NCBI RefSeq assembly: GCF_018977255.1
Contig: NW_024704743.1
Location: 28,026,001 to 28,090,000 of the forward strand
Length of the DNA: 64,000 nucleotides
From: Callorhinchus milii
Taxonomy: Eukaryota
Direction: 5' to 3'
Shown here: piece by piece, positions 51,754-64,000 of the stretch
How positions within the stretch are numbered: the first letter of the stretch is position 1
How the letters are laid out: the number at the start of each line of letters is the position of its first letter
Translations under genes and position numbers: made by a program
Notes under the pieces: model-generated
Seen by the model: only the letters and a program-made list of their open reading frames with translations
What the model was told of the DNA's origin: nothing
The model's database searches: none

Positions 51754-52774
51754 GTAACCGTCCCATTTTCTGTCACTTTCTCTCACAATGATGCATTGTA
51801 TTAAACATCAGGGTGACTCTCAAAGCATGGGTGAGCAGCAATATTCATCAGTAGTGACAAAATCGATGCTGTGTCTTGCAATCCCACTAGATGTACATTC
51901 CAACGCACAATTACGTATTAACTTTTATAAGATCAACTTAATAGACAATAATAATCCTTGCATTTGATATAGCGCCTTATAACATCTGCGAGACATCTCA
52001 AAACGCTTCACAGAATATACTGTAAAGTGAATTGACTGTATATTTTGTGGGCGAACATCTATACAGCTTAATAAATGTGAGACATGTGCAGAGTCTTGCT
52101 TGCTCAGCACAGTAAGTGTTAATCATCTGAAGTAGACATGTTGCGATGTTTAAATATTTGGGTAAAGTTAGCTGAGTTTCCTAATTAACACAAGGAGCTC
52201 ATTATGAAACGCTTATACCTTGCTCCTCTCCTTGTTATGATCTGCAAACCTCCTTCTCCCCCTGAAATATTCTGGTGTTTCCACCATTGTGACACAAGAA
52301 CACGATAGGTAACTATTCTGACTCATCAGCGGAATTTCTAACTGACGCTCTGATATCATTAGGGCGCCTACAGTCACCTACAAAACGTTACTCAGTTTAT
52401 TTTTGTGGAATATTCAACAGTCTTTAATGTTGAAATTCAGTAGCCTGTGGCATGATTTTAATGTGGGTGGGGGGGTGTGGAGGGTTTCTATGTGAACTTT
52501 ATTTACTCTCTATCTTTCAATCCTTCTCATCACATGCGCCATTCCCTAAAGTGAAGAGTATGCTTGACACTGGTATGTGACAGTGACCAGGGCTAGTTGT
52601 CCCTCTCTCTTCAGGACAAAGTTTCTGGCTGAGCATGTCATATACCACAGTGGCACAGTCAGGATCTCAACCATGAGTGCGAAGCCTGAAATCCTCCATC
52701 TACTAGGCTCTGAATTCCCATTATCCAAATTACCAGGAGGCTTCAGGCCTTAGCCAGATAGTTGACAGTCTCAG

Positions 52775-55243
52775 TGTCAGTGTCTCGGATGTCACTATTA
52801 CCGACAAGGCCATCTCTGACCACCACTTCATCTCCTTCACCACCTCCACCCCCCTCCCCACCTCCACCAGACCCACCACCATCTTCTACCGCCCTTGGAA
52901 GAAGTTACCCCCACAATCCCTAACCGATGCCTTGGAGTCCTCTGAACTCCTCTCCCTCTGGCCTTCAACCCTCACCGACCCCTCTTCTCCTCTCTCCCTC
53001 CTCCACAATACCCTCTCCTCCACACTCGATACTCTTGCCCCCATCACTTCCCGCACTGTCTCCTACTCCCGCTCCTCCCCCTGGTACACCACCCACCTCC
53101 GCTCACTGAAAAGCCAGGTGCGGGCTGCTGAACGCACCTGTGTCAAATCTGGCCTAACGGTCCACCGACAAATCTGGCTGGACCTCCTCAAAATTTACCG
53201 CTCCACTCTAGCCTCGGCCAAGTCGTCCTTCTACTCCAGGATAATCCTGGAGGCGAAGAACAACCCCAGGCTACTGTTTTCCACCACAACCCGACTCCTC
53301 CGTCCCCCCCGCCACCCCGCGCAGGTCATCTCCTCCAACCTTCACTGCGAGGAGATGCTGGATTTCCTTGAATCCAAGATCAAGGGAATCCGCTCCGCGG
53401 TCACTTCCCCTCCAACTTCCACCCACCACCCACCCCTTCCCTCCCACACTCCGACTCCTACCCATCCTCCCCTACACACCTTCGTACCCGTTTCCCCACC
53501 CTCTGTCACTGAACTCATCCTATCCCTAAAACCAACCACCTGCTCCCTTGACCCCATCCCCACTCCACTCCTTATCTCCCAGCTCCACTTTCTTGCCCCA
53601 CATATCACTGACATCATCAACCTGTCCCTCTCCTCTGGCTCTGTCCCCATTCCATTAAAAACTGCCATCATCACGCCCACCCTGAAAAAACCCTCCCTTG
53701 ATGCGTCGCAGCTATCAAGCTACCGGCCCATCTCCAACCTCCCCTTTCTCTCCAAGGTCTTGGAAAGAGTTGTCGCCTCCCAACTGCGCTCTTTCCTTTC
53801 CACCCATTCTCTTTTCGAACCCCTTCAGTCAGGTTTCCGTGCTGCCCATAGCACAGAAACTGCCCTGGTCAAGGTCACCAATGATATCCTGACCATCTGT
53901 GACCAGGGCTCCCTCTGTCTCCTCGTCCTCCTCGACCTATCGGCAGCATTCGATACGGTCGACCACGCTATCCTACTCCACCGCTTGTCCTCCCACCTCA
54001 ACCTTCAAGGCACTGTCCTTGAATGGTTTAGGTCGTACCTTTCTCACCGTCTTCACTTTGTCTCGACGAATGGCTTCTCCTCCACCCCCCGTACTGTCTC
54101 ATGTGGTGTCCCTCAGGGCTCTGTCCTTGGTCCCCTCCTCTTCACCCTCTATATGCTCCCCCTTGGTGACATCATCCGCAGACATGGGTTAACTTCCACA
54201 TGTATGCGGATGACACCCAACTCTACCTTTCCTCCTCTACTCTCAACTCCACGACCACCGATGTCCTGACAGCCTGCCTGTCCGACATCGAGTCCTGGAC
54301 GAGAGACAACTTTCTTCAGCTCAACGTGCGAAAAACCGAGGCCCTCCTGATTGGCTCACGTCAGCGCCTCCGCACCTCAGGCGCTGACACCATCAGCATC
54401 CAAGGCTGCACTCTCCACCTCTCAAAGCCAGTCAGGAACCTCGGCGTTTTGTTCGACCCTGAGCTGTCCTTTCTCCCTCACATCCGCACCACAACTGGCA
54501 CCGCCTTCCATCACCTCCGGAACATCGCCAGACTACGGCACTACCTCACCCCTCACGCTGCTGAAACCCTGGTTCACGCCTTTGTCACCTCAAGGCTGGA
54601 CTATGGGAACTCTCTCCTCGCCGGCCTTCCCGCCACCTCCCTCCACAAGCTGCAGGTCATTCAGAACTCTGCAGCTCGTGTACTGTCCCGCACCAGGCTT
54701 CGCGACCACATCACTCCCACCCTCGCTCGCCTCCACTGGCTCCCCATCCCCCAGAGGATTGATTTCAAGATCCTCATCCTCACCTACAAGGCCATTCACG
54801 GCCTTGCTCCCTCCTACCTCTCCAACCTACTATCCCCCTACCTACCTGCCCGTACCCTCCGTTCCTCTGGCTCCGGTCTGCTCCACGTCCCCCGCCCCAA
54901 CCGCCCTACCATCGGTGGTCGGGCCTTCAGCCTCTCAGCCCCAGGCTCTGGAACTCCATCCCCCAGTGCCTTCGCCTTGCTTCCTCCCTTTCCTCCTTCA
55001 AGGCCGGTCTCAAAACCTTTCTCTTTGACCGTGCCTTCAGCTCCCCTCTCGACTCTCTTCCCCCTCCTCGCTCCCTCCCTTCTCTCCCCTCACCCTGACC
55101 ATTTCCCCCCTCCTCGCCCCCTCCCCTCCCCTGACCATTTCCCCCCTGCTCGGGTCATGACCCAACTGTGCAGCGCCTTGGGACGTCCTCCTGACGTGAA
55201 AGACGCTTTATAAATGGAATCTTGTTGTTGTTGTTGTTGTTGT
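52775..55243 (+). mobile_element. Young 5'-truncated L2 LINE: end of the endonuclease (SDH), complete RT, C-terminus and 3' UTR
   Basis: AISDHHFI in frame with ORF 52932; [51 protein letters not shown]; (ttg)n tail; only two 1-nt frameshifts seen. Confidence 0.97.
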
Positions 55244-55337
55244 CTTGTGTTTTTTGAGCTGGAGGAAAATGAGAGTTTCACAGTCCTTCACCAGATCATG
55301 ATTAAAAATGAATTATTAAACAACAAAAGTTAAAACC

Positions 55338-55478
55338 GATTCTTGTTAGTTAAGGGTATCAAGGGATATAGGGCAAAGGCGGGTATTTGGAGCTGAGGTA
55401 CAGATCAGCCATGAACCAATAGAATGGCGGAATAGGCTCGAGGGGCTGAATGGCCTACTCATGTTCCTATGTTCCTAT
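55338..55478 (+). mobile_element. CR1-type LINE 3' end (shark-like), well preserved
   Basis: gaatggcggaataggctcgaggggctgaatggcctactc followed by (atgttcct)2. Confidence 0.8.
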
Positions 55479-56556
55479 AGCAATGTCAGCACTTTATTTT
55501 AACCAAATTATTTGACTGAGCTGAGAAACAAGCTGGGGTAGAGCCCTTCTCTGGAATGCAGAAGGGCATTCTGCCCTGAAATGATTGCAATTTCTCCCTT
55601 TGTGGTCACTATTGATGGCGATAATTTAACACAGGGGCTATTACCCCACATCTGTGGAGTTTATGCGGTTTATAAACCCCACAAATGTAACCACAATTTG
55701 TGAAATCACTGCACCAATCAGTCCATCTGCAAGAAGGATACATAATGAATCTGCTGAGTTGTTTCCTGACAACATATGTCGATTAATTTTTCATATCTTA
55801 GTATCTCTACTGCACTGTCCATGCAGATGTGTGGGAGTGACCATAATGTACACCACATGTCATGTCTTCCATCCCTATGTACACAACTCAGAGGCTTCTG
55901 TCAATCACTTCTGAGAAAGGCCACATAAGCATTATTTGCAATACCGTGAAGTCACATTAACTTTAAACGGAGCTCCATACCAACATTGAAATCAGAACAC
56001 ATTTGCACCTAGATTCACTACAATCTGAGATAAAATCATTTGCTTTAACTTACAGTTACCATTTTTTGTTGTCAATATTTTGCTCTAATTGTATCATTGC
56101 CCTTCCTTCTTTCACTCCTTATTCCTTCTGCTGGAGAACGGGATTGTTCAAATGTCCTCCTTAACTCAGCCGGGACAAACCGAGTTTTGCCATCTAGTTA
56201 TTGAATTACCAACCAGTAGGAATAATCTTTCACTATCTATAGTCTCAAAACTTTTAGCTGCTTTGAAGAACTCTAATAGATTCCATGATCACTAAGCAGC
56301 CCATCTTATTTATGACTAACATGTTCTTGTGTGAAGCTGTGCATTTCCGCTGGTACCGGTTTATCTCCACACGTTTGAACATATTCACATGCTCTTCACA
56401 GGCCTTTGACCAGCTTCTTTAGGAGAGGTGGGAACCATATTCAGCTGGGGGGGGAGGGAAGCAGAGGTACCTTTGATTTCAAACATTGCTTTTTAAACAG
56501 AATGAATCCTGCTGCTAGAAATTGATGAGAGTAACTAGTCTGTGGAGAATTAAGTC

Positions 56557-58680
56557 ACAAGATCAAAAGATTTGTCTGGGTGAAGAAGGACTTTTGGCCC
56601 ATCCAGTCTCATCCCTCCAGGACACCCACCCTACCATCTCCTTATTACTGCATCAAGCTGCTTTTTAAATTAGTCTAGTGTCCTGGTCTCCACCACCTTT
56701 CCTGGCAACCTGTTCTTGTCATTGATTACCCTCTGCATAAAGAAACATTTCCTGGTATCAGTCCTGAAGTTTCCCTTTACAATTTAAACATATTTCCTTT
56801 TGTTCTACTGTCATGATACATTCTAAAGTATTCATCTGAGTTTCATTTATAAAATTTTGTACACCCCTCTGAGGTCCCCTCTGAGTGTCTATTCTCAAGA
56901 CTGAAGAGGCCTAGCCTACCTAGTCGTTGCTCTTGGCTCATTCCTCTAACCCTGGGAATCATCCTCATTGCTCTCCTCTGCACTGTCTCTAGAACCTGAA
57001 CAGCCTTCTTATGTTGCGGTGACCAGAACTGTATGCAATATTCAAGATGCAGTCTGAGCATTGTACATCCAGACAAATGACATCTGGGGGATCTAAACTC
57101 AATTGACTTAGCGATGTAACCCAGGATCCTGTTTGCCTTGTTTATTGCTGCTTCACACTGTTTTGATATAGTGAGCCATGAGTCAACTAACACCCCTAGA
57201 TCTTTTTCAGCTTTCCCCTTGGCAAGTTCAATTCCATTCATGGAGTACTTTGCATACCCTATCAAGCTTTTTTTTGGAAGATCTTTGTTGCCTCCTCTGA
57301 TTCCACAGTTCTCTCCAACTTGATGTCATCTGCAAATGTAGCTATCTTACACCGAGTCTGCGAATCCAGGCAAGATGGTGCCCTGTATAGCCCTGCTTAG
57401 TATCTCACCCTTTTTTTACCTAGCTTTTTTTGACCTAGCTCCCCTAACAAAGTCCTTCTGCTTCGTTCCCTTCAGCCAATTCTTAATCCATGTCCATGCC
57501 TTGCCTTTGATATCCAGTGACCATATCTTGCATGTGGTACATTACCAAACATCCTTTGGAAGTTGAGAATATTACATTATATGGCTTCCTACAGTCCATC
57601 TAAACTGACACATTCTCAAAAAAAGTCTATGTGATTAGTCAGACAAGAACTACCCTTTCTGGTTAATGGGTCTATAGTTGCCAGATTTAGTTTTGTTGTC
57701 CTTCTTGAATATGGGAACAACATCTGCTTGCTTCCAGTCTGTTGTCTGCCAGTGCTGCACAAATCTCCGGCCTTGTCTCCATAACTACCCTGGAGTACAA
57801 TTCATCCAGCACAGGGAATTTTTAGGTTTAAGACCCTTGAATTCATTCCGAATCTCAGCCTCCTTTGCATTAAAGTTTGCTGTCTGCTAAGTGGGGGTTG
57901 GGCATGATTTTAGTGCCCTCCATTGTAAAATCTTCTTGGGAAAAAATCTAGTAATTTAATATGTTTGCTATCTCCTATTCATTCTCTTATTCAACCCGAT
58001 TTGAATCCTTTAGGATTTGAACACCCTCCCTGACTATCTTTCCTGTTGTAATATTGAAAGAATGTTTTGAAGTTACATTTTGCATTTGTTGCTTTGTCCA
58101 TTTCCAACTCTCTCTTGGCTCCCCTAATCTCAGTTTTATTCTCTTGCTGCACAGTCTGTATTTAGCCCAATGGTTACCATTTTGTTTCTCTCGACAAGCA
58201 TTCTAATTCTTCCTTTTCTTCTTTATCTCCCTTTTTATTTTCCTGTTGATCCATTTTGGTGTGTTTTTGTCATTTTGGCCCCTGATGCACTTGGGTATAT
58301 AATTGTCCTGCATTCACTGTTTAACATTCTTTCGAGATATACTTTTATCCTCAACCAATTTGTCCCTGAGTAATGCCTCCCAGTCTATATGTCCCTTCGC
58401 TGAATCCTCATACCCTGGAGTAAAATTGTACACCAGAATTTGGGTGCGCGCTGGTGCTGTTTCCCAAGTTAAACTGAAGATTACTGAGCTGTGGTTACTG
58501 TCCCCTAGTTGATCAACTACTTCCATTTCCCGAATAGTGTCTGGGCCAATGACTAGAACTAAGTCAAGAAGGAAACTGGCCCTTGTGGGCTCCCTGACAC
58601 ACTGAGTCAAGAAGCAGTCATGCACGACATTTACAAGTTAAGAGTCTTTCGCACTTGGGCAATCCCAGTTCATGTTGGGC
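56557..58680 (-). mobile_element. Decayed CR1 LINE ORF2 with internal deletions
   Basis: CFLTQCVREPTR..LDLVL..LGDSNH (endonuclease end); EKDLGVLVD..QC.AA.NKANRILG..LEYCIQFWSP..VQRRA (CR1 C-terminus); 3' hairpin near 56600. Confidence 0.92.
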
Positions 58681-58822
58681 CGGTATGATACGAGCCAGCA
58701 CTCCAATGCCGTTACGCTGGCCATCACAAAGTGCAATCTTCACCTTATTGTTGAACCAGTACCCAGTGCCCCATGTTGCTATGTTTTAATCACATTTTCC
58801 CTCTTGTTCCATACAATGACAG

Positions 58823-59708
58823 GACAATGGACGCAGAGCATCAAAGAAGTCAGTGTAAATGATCAGTGCAGTAACATTCTCAACAACAAGCGCTTCATGC
58901 TGGACATGTTGTACTCTCAGAACAAAAAGGCAGAGGATGAGGGAGAGGCAGAGCTCAATGATAAAGAGAAGGAAGAAAAAGAAGAGTCTTTGGCAAGCTT
59001 GGCGAGCCGGATCTCTATCCTACAGGCCAACAAACAAGCCTGTGAAGAAAATGTGAAGAAAATGGAGATTGACCATTTAGAGAACCAAGGGAGCGTGAGG
59101 GCTTTTACTGAGAAGTTCAACAGTGGTGAGATAAGCAAAGGATCAGGCTCGTCTGATTCTGAAGTGGCTGAGAAGGCTGTGGATAAAGTGGCAGCACAGC
59201 CTAAAAAGGAGTCTGATTATATTTGGGATCAACTGATGGCAAATCCCAGGGAACTGAAAATCAAAGATATGGACTTCACAGATTTGGAGGAAGAGGATGA
59301 CGTGAACGTGTTAGACATGGAATGTTTACTTAGTTCTGGAGACTCGATACTTCCTCCCCCACCTCCTCCGCCCCCTTTTATGGGCATGCCTCCTCCGCCC
59401 CCTCCACTTGGGTGCCCGCCTCCTCCACCGCCTCCTCCAGTGCCCGGTATGTGTTTGCCCCCAGCCCCACCTATCCGGGTCCCTCAGTGTCCTGGGTCCC
59501 TCACCTAACCAGGGGTGAGCCGACATTCCTGAAGAAGAAGAAGACCATCAGGCTGTTTTGGAATGAACTCCGACCAATTGACTGGCGATACAAGAATCAT
59601 AAACGATGCAAAGAGACCCTTTGGGCCCGACTGGAGCCTGTGAAGGTGGACATCTCCAAGCTAGAACATCTCTTTGAATCAAAATCCAAAGAAATACCAG
59701 TTACTAAG
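58823..59708 (+). CDS. FHOD3: FHOD3 large exon I: NKRFMLDMLY motif, YIWDQLMANPREL, polyproline FH1 and start of FH2 (KKKKTIRLFWNE...LEHLFESKSKE); contains an apparent 1-nt frameshift
   Basis: Acceptor tgacAG|, donor AAG|gtaatc. ORFs 58672-59508 and 59412-59756 together give the FHOD3-specific motifs, with the frame switch near 59494. Confidence 0.95.
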
Positions 59709-62700
59709 GTAATCTATACCCTTTTAAGATGTACCGACGGTTGGGTCAGGGGATAGAAATAAGAAGGAAAAAGAAAACAAGATGTAAAAGTTAAATAATA
59801 CAATATATATTTTGTCACACATTCAACAGTGCTTTGGCAGCAGTATAGATGGGTATGTGAGCAGGTTGGATGAGAGAACATCAACAATCTCTTAATAGAA
59901 ACACTTGCTGCATCGCTTCCCAATGTCACGCTCAACCAACTTCTGTTGACTGGACGAATGTGAGATTCTGGAGCCTATCTCGTGTTGACTGTCAAAAATA
60001 ATGTTCTTGTTGTTGCTTATTTCTAGTCAGATTTTGTGTCATACACAACTGATGAAATGATCACTGTTGCGCGCAGTCAGCATGTGATAGATCCCATCAC
60101 ATGGGCACATTTAGATTCTGGTACAACGAGGTTAGAGTGTTGAGGTACGACCGCTCATGATGGATATGTTTCATGGACATCCTTTGGATGAGATGTGAAA
60201 CTTACCTGCCTGTTCAGGTGGACGTTAAAGATTCAAAAAGAAAAAGGAGTTCTTCCCAGAGTCCTGTCCAACAATCCCAAATAAAATTGGTCACTCACTT
60301 CATGGCTGCTTGTGGGACATGGCTGTGCACAAAATTGGCTGCCGCATTTGCCCACAAACACAGTCACTACAATTTACGGTATATCCTGTGATTTTGATTC
60401 ACAATGTCACACTCAACCAATTTCTGCCAATGTGAAAGGCACTATACCAAATGCAAGGAATATTATTATTTATTGTTATTATCTATCATGTGACGATCAC
60501 TAAAAATAGTAGAATACTTCCACAGTGGAATTTCGAATAACTAATTGCTGAGGCAACAGGCCTGAAAGTAATTAAACCTTTGAGTACTGAGAAGCACAGC
60601 TTTCAAAATCCATCCTCCCTTGGTCTTGGGTCGATAAGCTTTTGCTGATTAAATCAAATAGGGAAATGGAGAGAATTACATGATATTTTAGATCCTGATA
60701 CTGTTTGATTTCTTTGACTGCTATGGTTGAGTGAACTTGTCACTTTTTCATTCTTTCACTTTCATTTTCATTCTTTTTTTCTTTTCCTTCCTCTCCATTC
60801 TCTCCTCTCTTTCTTTTACTTTTGGCAAATATCATGTTTGTCTAAGTGAGTGGTGAAAAACTAATGGTACACGGAACCTTTTCCTTTATTTTACCGAATG
60901 TCACTGTTGAGCACTCCAGGGATCTATTCTGGTCTTTGCTGCCATGTGGACTTTGGCATCAATAAGCACAAAGAACACAGAGCATTCTTTACACCATGCC
61001 ATTCAGTTATGTCAAATTCTACCTTGTTTGGACCCAGGTGAGTATTAAGCAGCCAATTAAGATTTGGCGGGCCAGATTTTACATTATGTTCTTCCTGTTT
61101 GATCTGGCGTTAATTCTTGATGTTACATTAACGGTATCTGGGTACTTGCAAGGAAAGGAAACTTGTGAACTATGAGCAGTATGTAGAAAAACGCTAGGAA
61201 AATGTTATTTTGATAGTATTAAAATCTAATTTGTGATGATTCTGAATGAGAATCCTCAAAAAGAAATCTGAGTCAAACCAATGTGGACTCCTTCCATTAA
61301 TTGGAAAAACATTCCGTCCAACTCAAGGGAAATCCACTGTGAAGCAATCTAACTCCGGAGTACAGTTTCTGTGTGTCCATTTGGGTTTTGCAATGCAACC
61401 AGTTAGATACTTATTTCCTAAGTGTACAGTGAGAGATGACAGCATGTTCAGACTGAAGGGTCAGCATGATCAATAATAATAATAATTATCATTAATAATT
61501 TCATATAGAGCCTTATCACATTGTTGAAACATCTCAAAGCTCTTCATATGATTTATTGTAAAGTGGTAGTTAATTTGAGCACAGCAATGTCCTGCAAACA
61601 GCTAGAAAGTGTAGCCTACAAGGGACAGAATAAGACCTTCCAAGTGGATGCAAGCATGTGGATCTACATGCTAGTAGTGTCTTTGCTGGACATAACCCAG
61701 GAGCAAGATAGTCGAAGGTTTGCACTGTCCTTCAAGGAAATTGTAGAGCTCTGAAATGTAATGCATCTGGTCATTCATCTTGGCTCGTGGTCCAATAGTT
61801 AGCTATTTCACCCATAGATCTTGGAAAGCTCACATCTGCCAGGAATCCTTTAGCAAAATGTATTCATGTGGAGGACCACAGACTTATTTTTAGATATATC
61901 CATTTTCACAATGATCAGCCATAGAGGTTGGTGAGGCAACTGCATCTTACAGTACGGTGGTGTGCTCTGCGCACAAGTTACCAATGAATTCCCAATGTCA
62001 GTTCCTTTTGCTGATACGATTGTCCGATAGGAATACAAAACATTTGTTCCATGTGTGAATACTGAAAGAAAATCTTGTTTGTAGATGTCAATTGTACGAG
62101 TACATGCCATGATGTCTTCATCCTCTGTGCCTGTGGCTGCTCAAAGAAATCTGGATACCATATGAAACTGGAGTTTAATTTCCTATATTTGCAAAAAGGG
62201 TGTCAAGCGCTAACTGCGGTTTCTGAATAAAAGAAGGAGAATAAATCCCCAAACTCCCTGTGGGCCAGCTGTTTCAGTCTCAGCCTTTTTCAAACTTTGC
62301 CAGCTTTTGAAAAACACCGAACACAACCCAATTTCTCAGGACAACAAAGGAGGCTCAAAATAACACTTCCTGTGTGAATATTGCAAATTAGAAAATTTCA
62401 GCTCTAGTGCCAAGACATTAGTTTGAAAGTGTCTTGGGATGTCCTCAAGACACGAAACGAGTTATATAAATTTGTATTTGTTGTTCCATTAGTAATTAGA
62501 CTCTATTCTGGCCAGTGACAGGTTTCTAACCTTACCCATCCCTCAATGAAATTATGGCATAAGAATTGCAAGTAGTATCTTTTTCCAGGCTAAGAATAAT
62601 AGTGAAGTTTGGTGCTGAAGGAAAGTGAGTGCTTTCAAAGCTAGGAATTGGTAAATTGGGGAAGAGATAGGAAAAGTAAAAATAAAATTAAAAAAAAGGT

Positions 62701-62744
62701 TTGTGAGAATACTAAAGCAAAAATAGGAAAAAAGTAGTGATATA

Positions 62745-63026
62745 TAATAATAATAATAATAATCCTTGCATTTGATATAGCATCTTATCACGTCTTCGAG
62801 ACGTCTCGCAGCGCTTCACAGAATATACTGTAAAGTGAATCAACTGTATATTTTTGGGCGAAACTCGGCAGCCAATTGACTAACTAGCCGGGTTCCTACT
62901 TTCTACTAGGCAAATAGAGGCACGTGGAGTAAGGAAACTTGGCCAAAGTTTCATCCTGCCGGGAATTGAACCCAGGTCTCTCGCTTGTGAGACAAAAGCT
63001 CTAACCAGTGAGCTACAGGACTCCAC
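62745..63026 (-). mobile_element. tRNA-Deu SINE, long form with internal deletion
   Basis: gagctacaggactccac head at 63010-63026; (aat)n-ccttgcatttgatatag tail. Confidence 0.85.
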
Positions 63027-63427
63027 AATCCTGTAGGCAATGTGGTGATAAACAGAAAGTTTACTAATTGTTTTACAGTACAGTGCAATTTAAATTGATA
63101 TAGTGCCTTTCCACATCAAGAGGAGGACTCAAAGTGTTTGACGATGCAGCTTGGGCACCCAAGCCAGAGAATGTGAACCGAGGTGGGTAAGAAGGGGAAA
63201 AGTGACCAAAAGCGTGTTCAAAGAGGTCAATTTTGAGCCATGCCTTAAACGAAAGGAAGGAGGGACTGATTGCTTCCTGGTTTGCCTTTCATTTTGTTTT
63301 TGAAAATTTGTTTTGTAGTGTTAGGTTTCATTCTGCATTATTAATCCATTCTTTATCCCCAAGTTGTTGAAATTTTAAAAGCATCAGCCTTTTGAAAAAA
63401 ATGGCTTTGGTGCCCTTTAAGTTTTTC

Positions 63428-63606
63428 AATAATAATAATAATAATCCTTGCATTTGATATAATGCCTATCATGTCATCGAGACGTATCAAAGCGCTTCAC
63501 AGAATATAGTGGAAAATTAATTGACTGTATATTTTGTGGACAAAATTCAGCAGCTAATTGTGAACAGCAGTGTCCCACAAACAGTCATGGATTGAGTGAC
63601 CAATTT
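63428..63606 (-). mobile_element. 3' half of a tRNA-Deu SINE (further 3' fragments at about 27330-27470 +, 30595-30705 -, 37370-37485 -, 47843-47955 -, 51948-52055 -, 63887-63945 -)
   Basis: Tail and Deu core match the other copies. Confidence 0.8.
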
Positions 63607-64000
63607 TTTAAAATAATATCTTAAGGGATAAGACTTGGATTTCTCTCTTCCCACTCCTCTTCAAAAAAATTATTTGGTCGCAAAAGGACAGTTCATCGCG
63701 GGATAATAATAATTCAGTGATTAACGGGGATTCCTGCCAGTAACCAAAAGTACATTGCGTTCAATTTAAGGGTTCTCACCATCTAATTCCTACACTTCAA
63801 AAGAGGATCCCACAAGTCAGGATAGATGTACTGCTGGTTATCAATAGAATTCCCCAATAAAGACCTTGAGTTACTGTTTGTAAATCCCGCGGCAGCCAAT
63901 TGTGCACAGCAATGTCCCACAAACAATCGTGGATTGAGTGACCAACGTTTTTTTTTATTTATTTTTTCCGTACCATTCCTTCATATATACCCTTCAAAGT

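Noticed and set aside
51406..51786. Minus-strand ORFs of 126 and 116 aa
   Set aside because: Antisense shadows of FHOD3 exon H.
56060..56210. Pyrimidine tract followed by a short open frame
   Set aside because: Poor GAG acceptor, in-frame stop, no good donor; may be a decayed CR1 remnant.

Overview
This is vertebrate genomic DNA, most likely from a cartilaginous fish and plausibly a chimaera or elephant shark; that placement is inferred from the tRNA-Deu SINE, L2 and CR1 repeat content. The window lies inside the formin gene FHOD3 (+ strand). I can splice nine GT-AG coding exons by eye (10887-59708). They run from the region equivalent to the mammalian cardiac-specific insert, through the ERERRRQERE coiled coil and an acidic linker, to FH1 and the start of FH2. 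The first six exons are all symmetric phase 2-2 cassettes. The last exon has a 1-nt frameshift at a G run, probably a sequencing error. Introns are full of retroposons: two young L2 LINE copies (one nearly intact across RT), a decayed CR1, and many tRNA(Ala)-headed Deu-type SINEs whose youngest form shares the L2 3' stem-loop. The most interesting extras are candidate unannotated FHOD3 exons: a 21-nt microexon, a 44-nt exon phase-compatible with replacing exon G, and a poison exon. Also notable are a perfect 34-bp hairpin, a perfect 103-bp duplication carrying a QKI-type element, and rearranged SINE 5' junctions. I found no prokaryotic-type system and no novel protein-coding gene. Repeat boundaries are approximate, and human FHOD3 comparisons are from memory rather than from a search.
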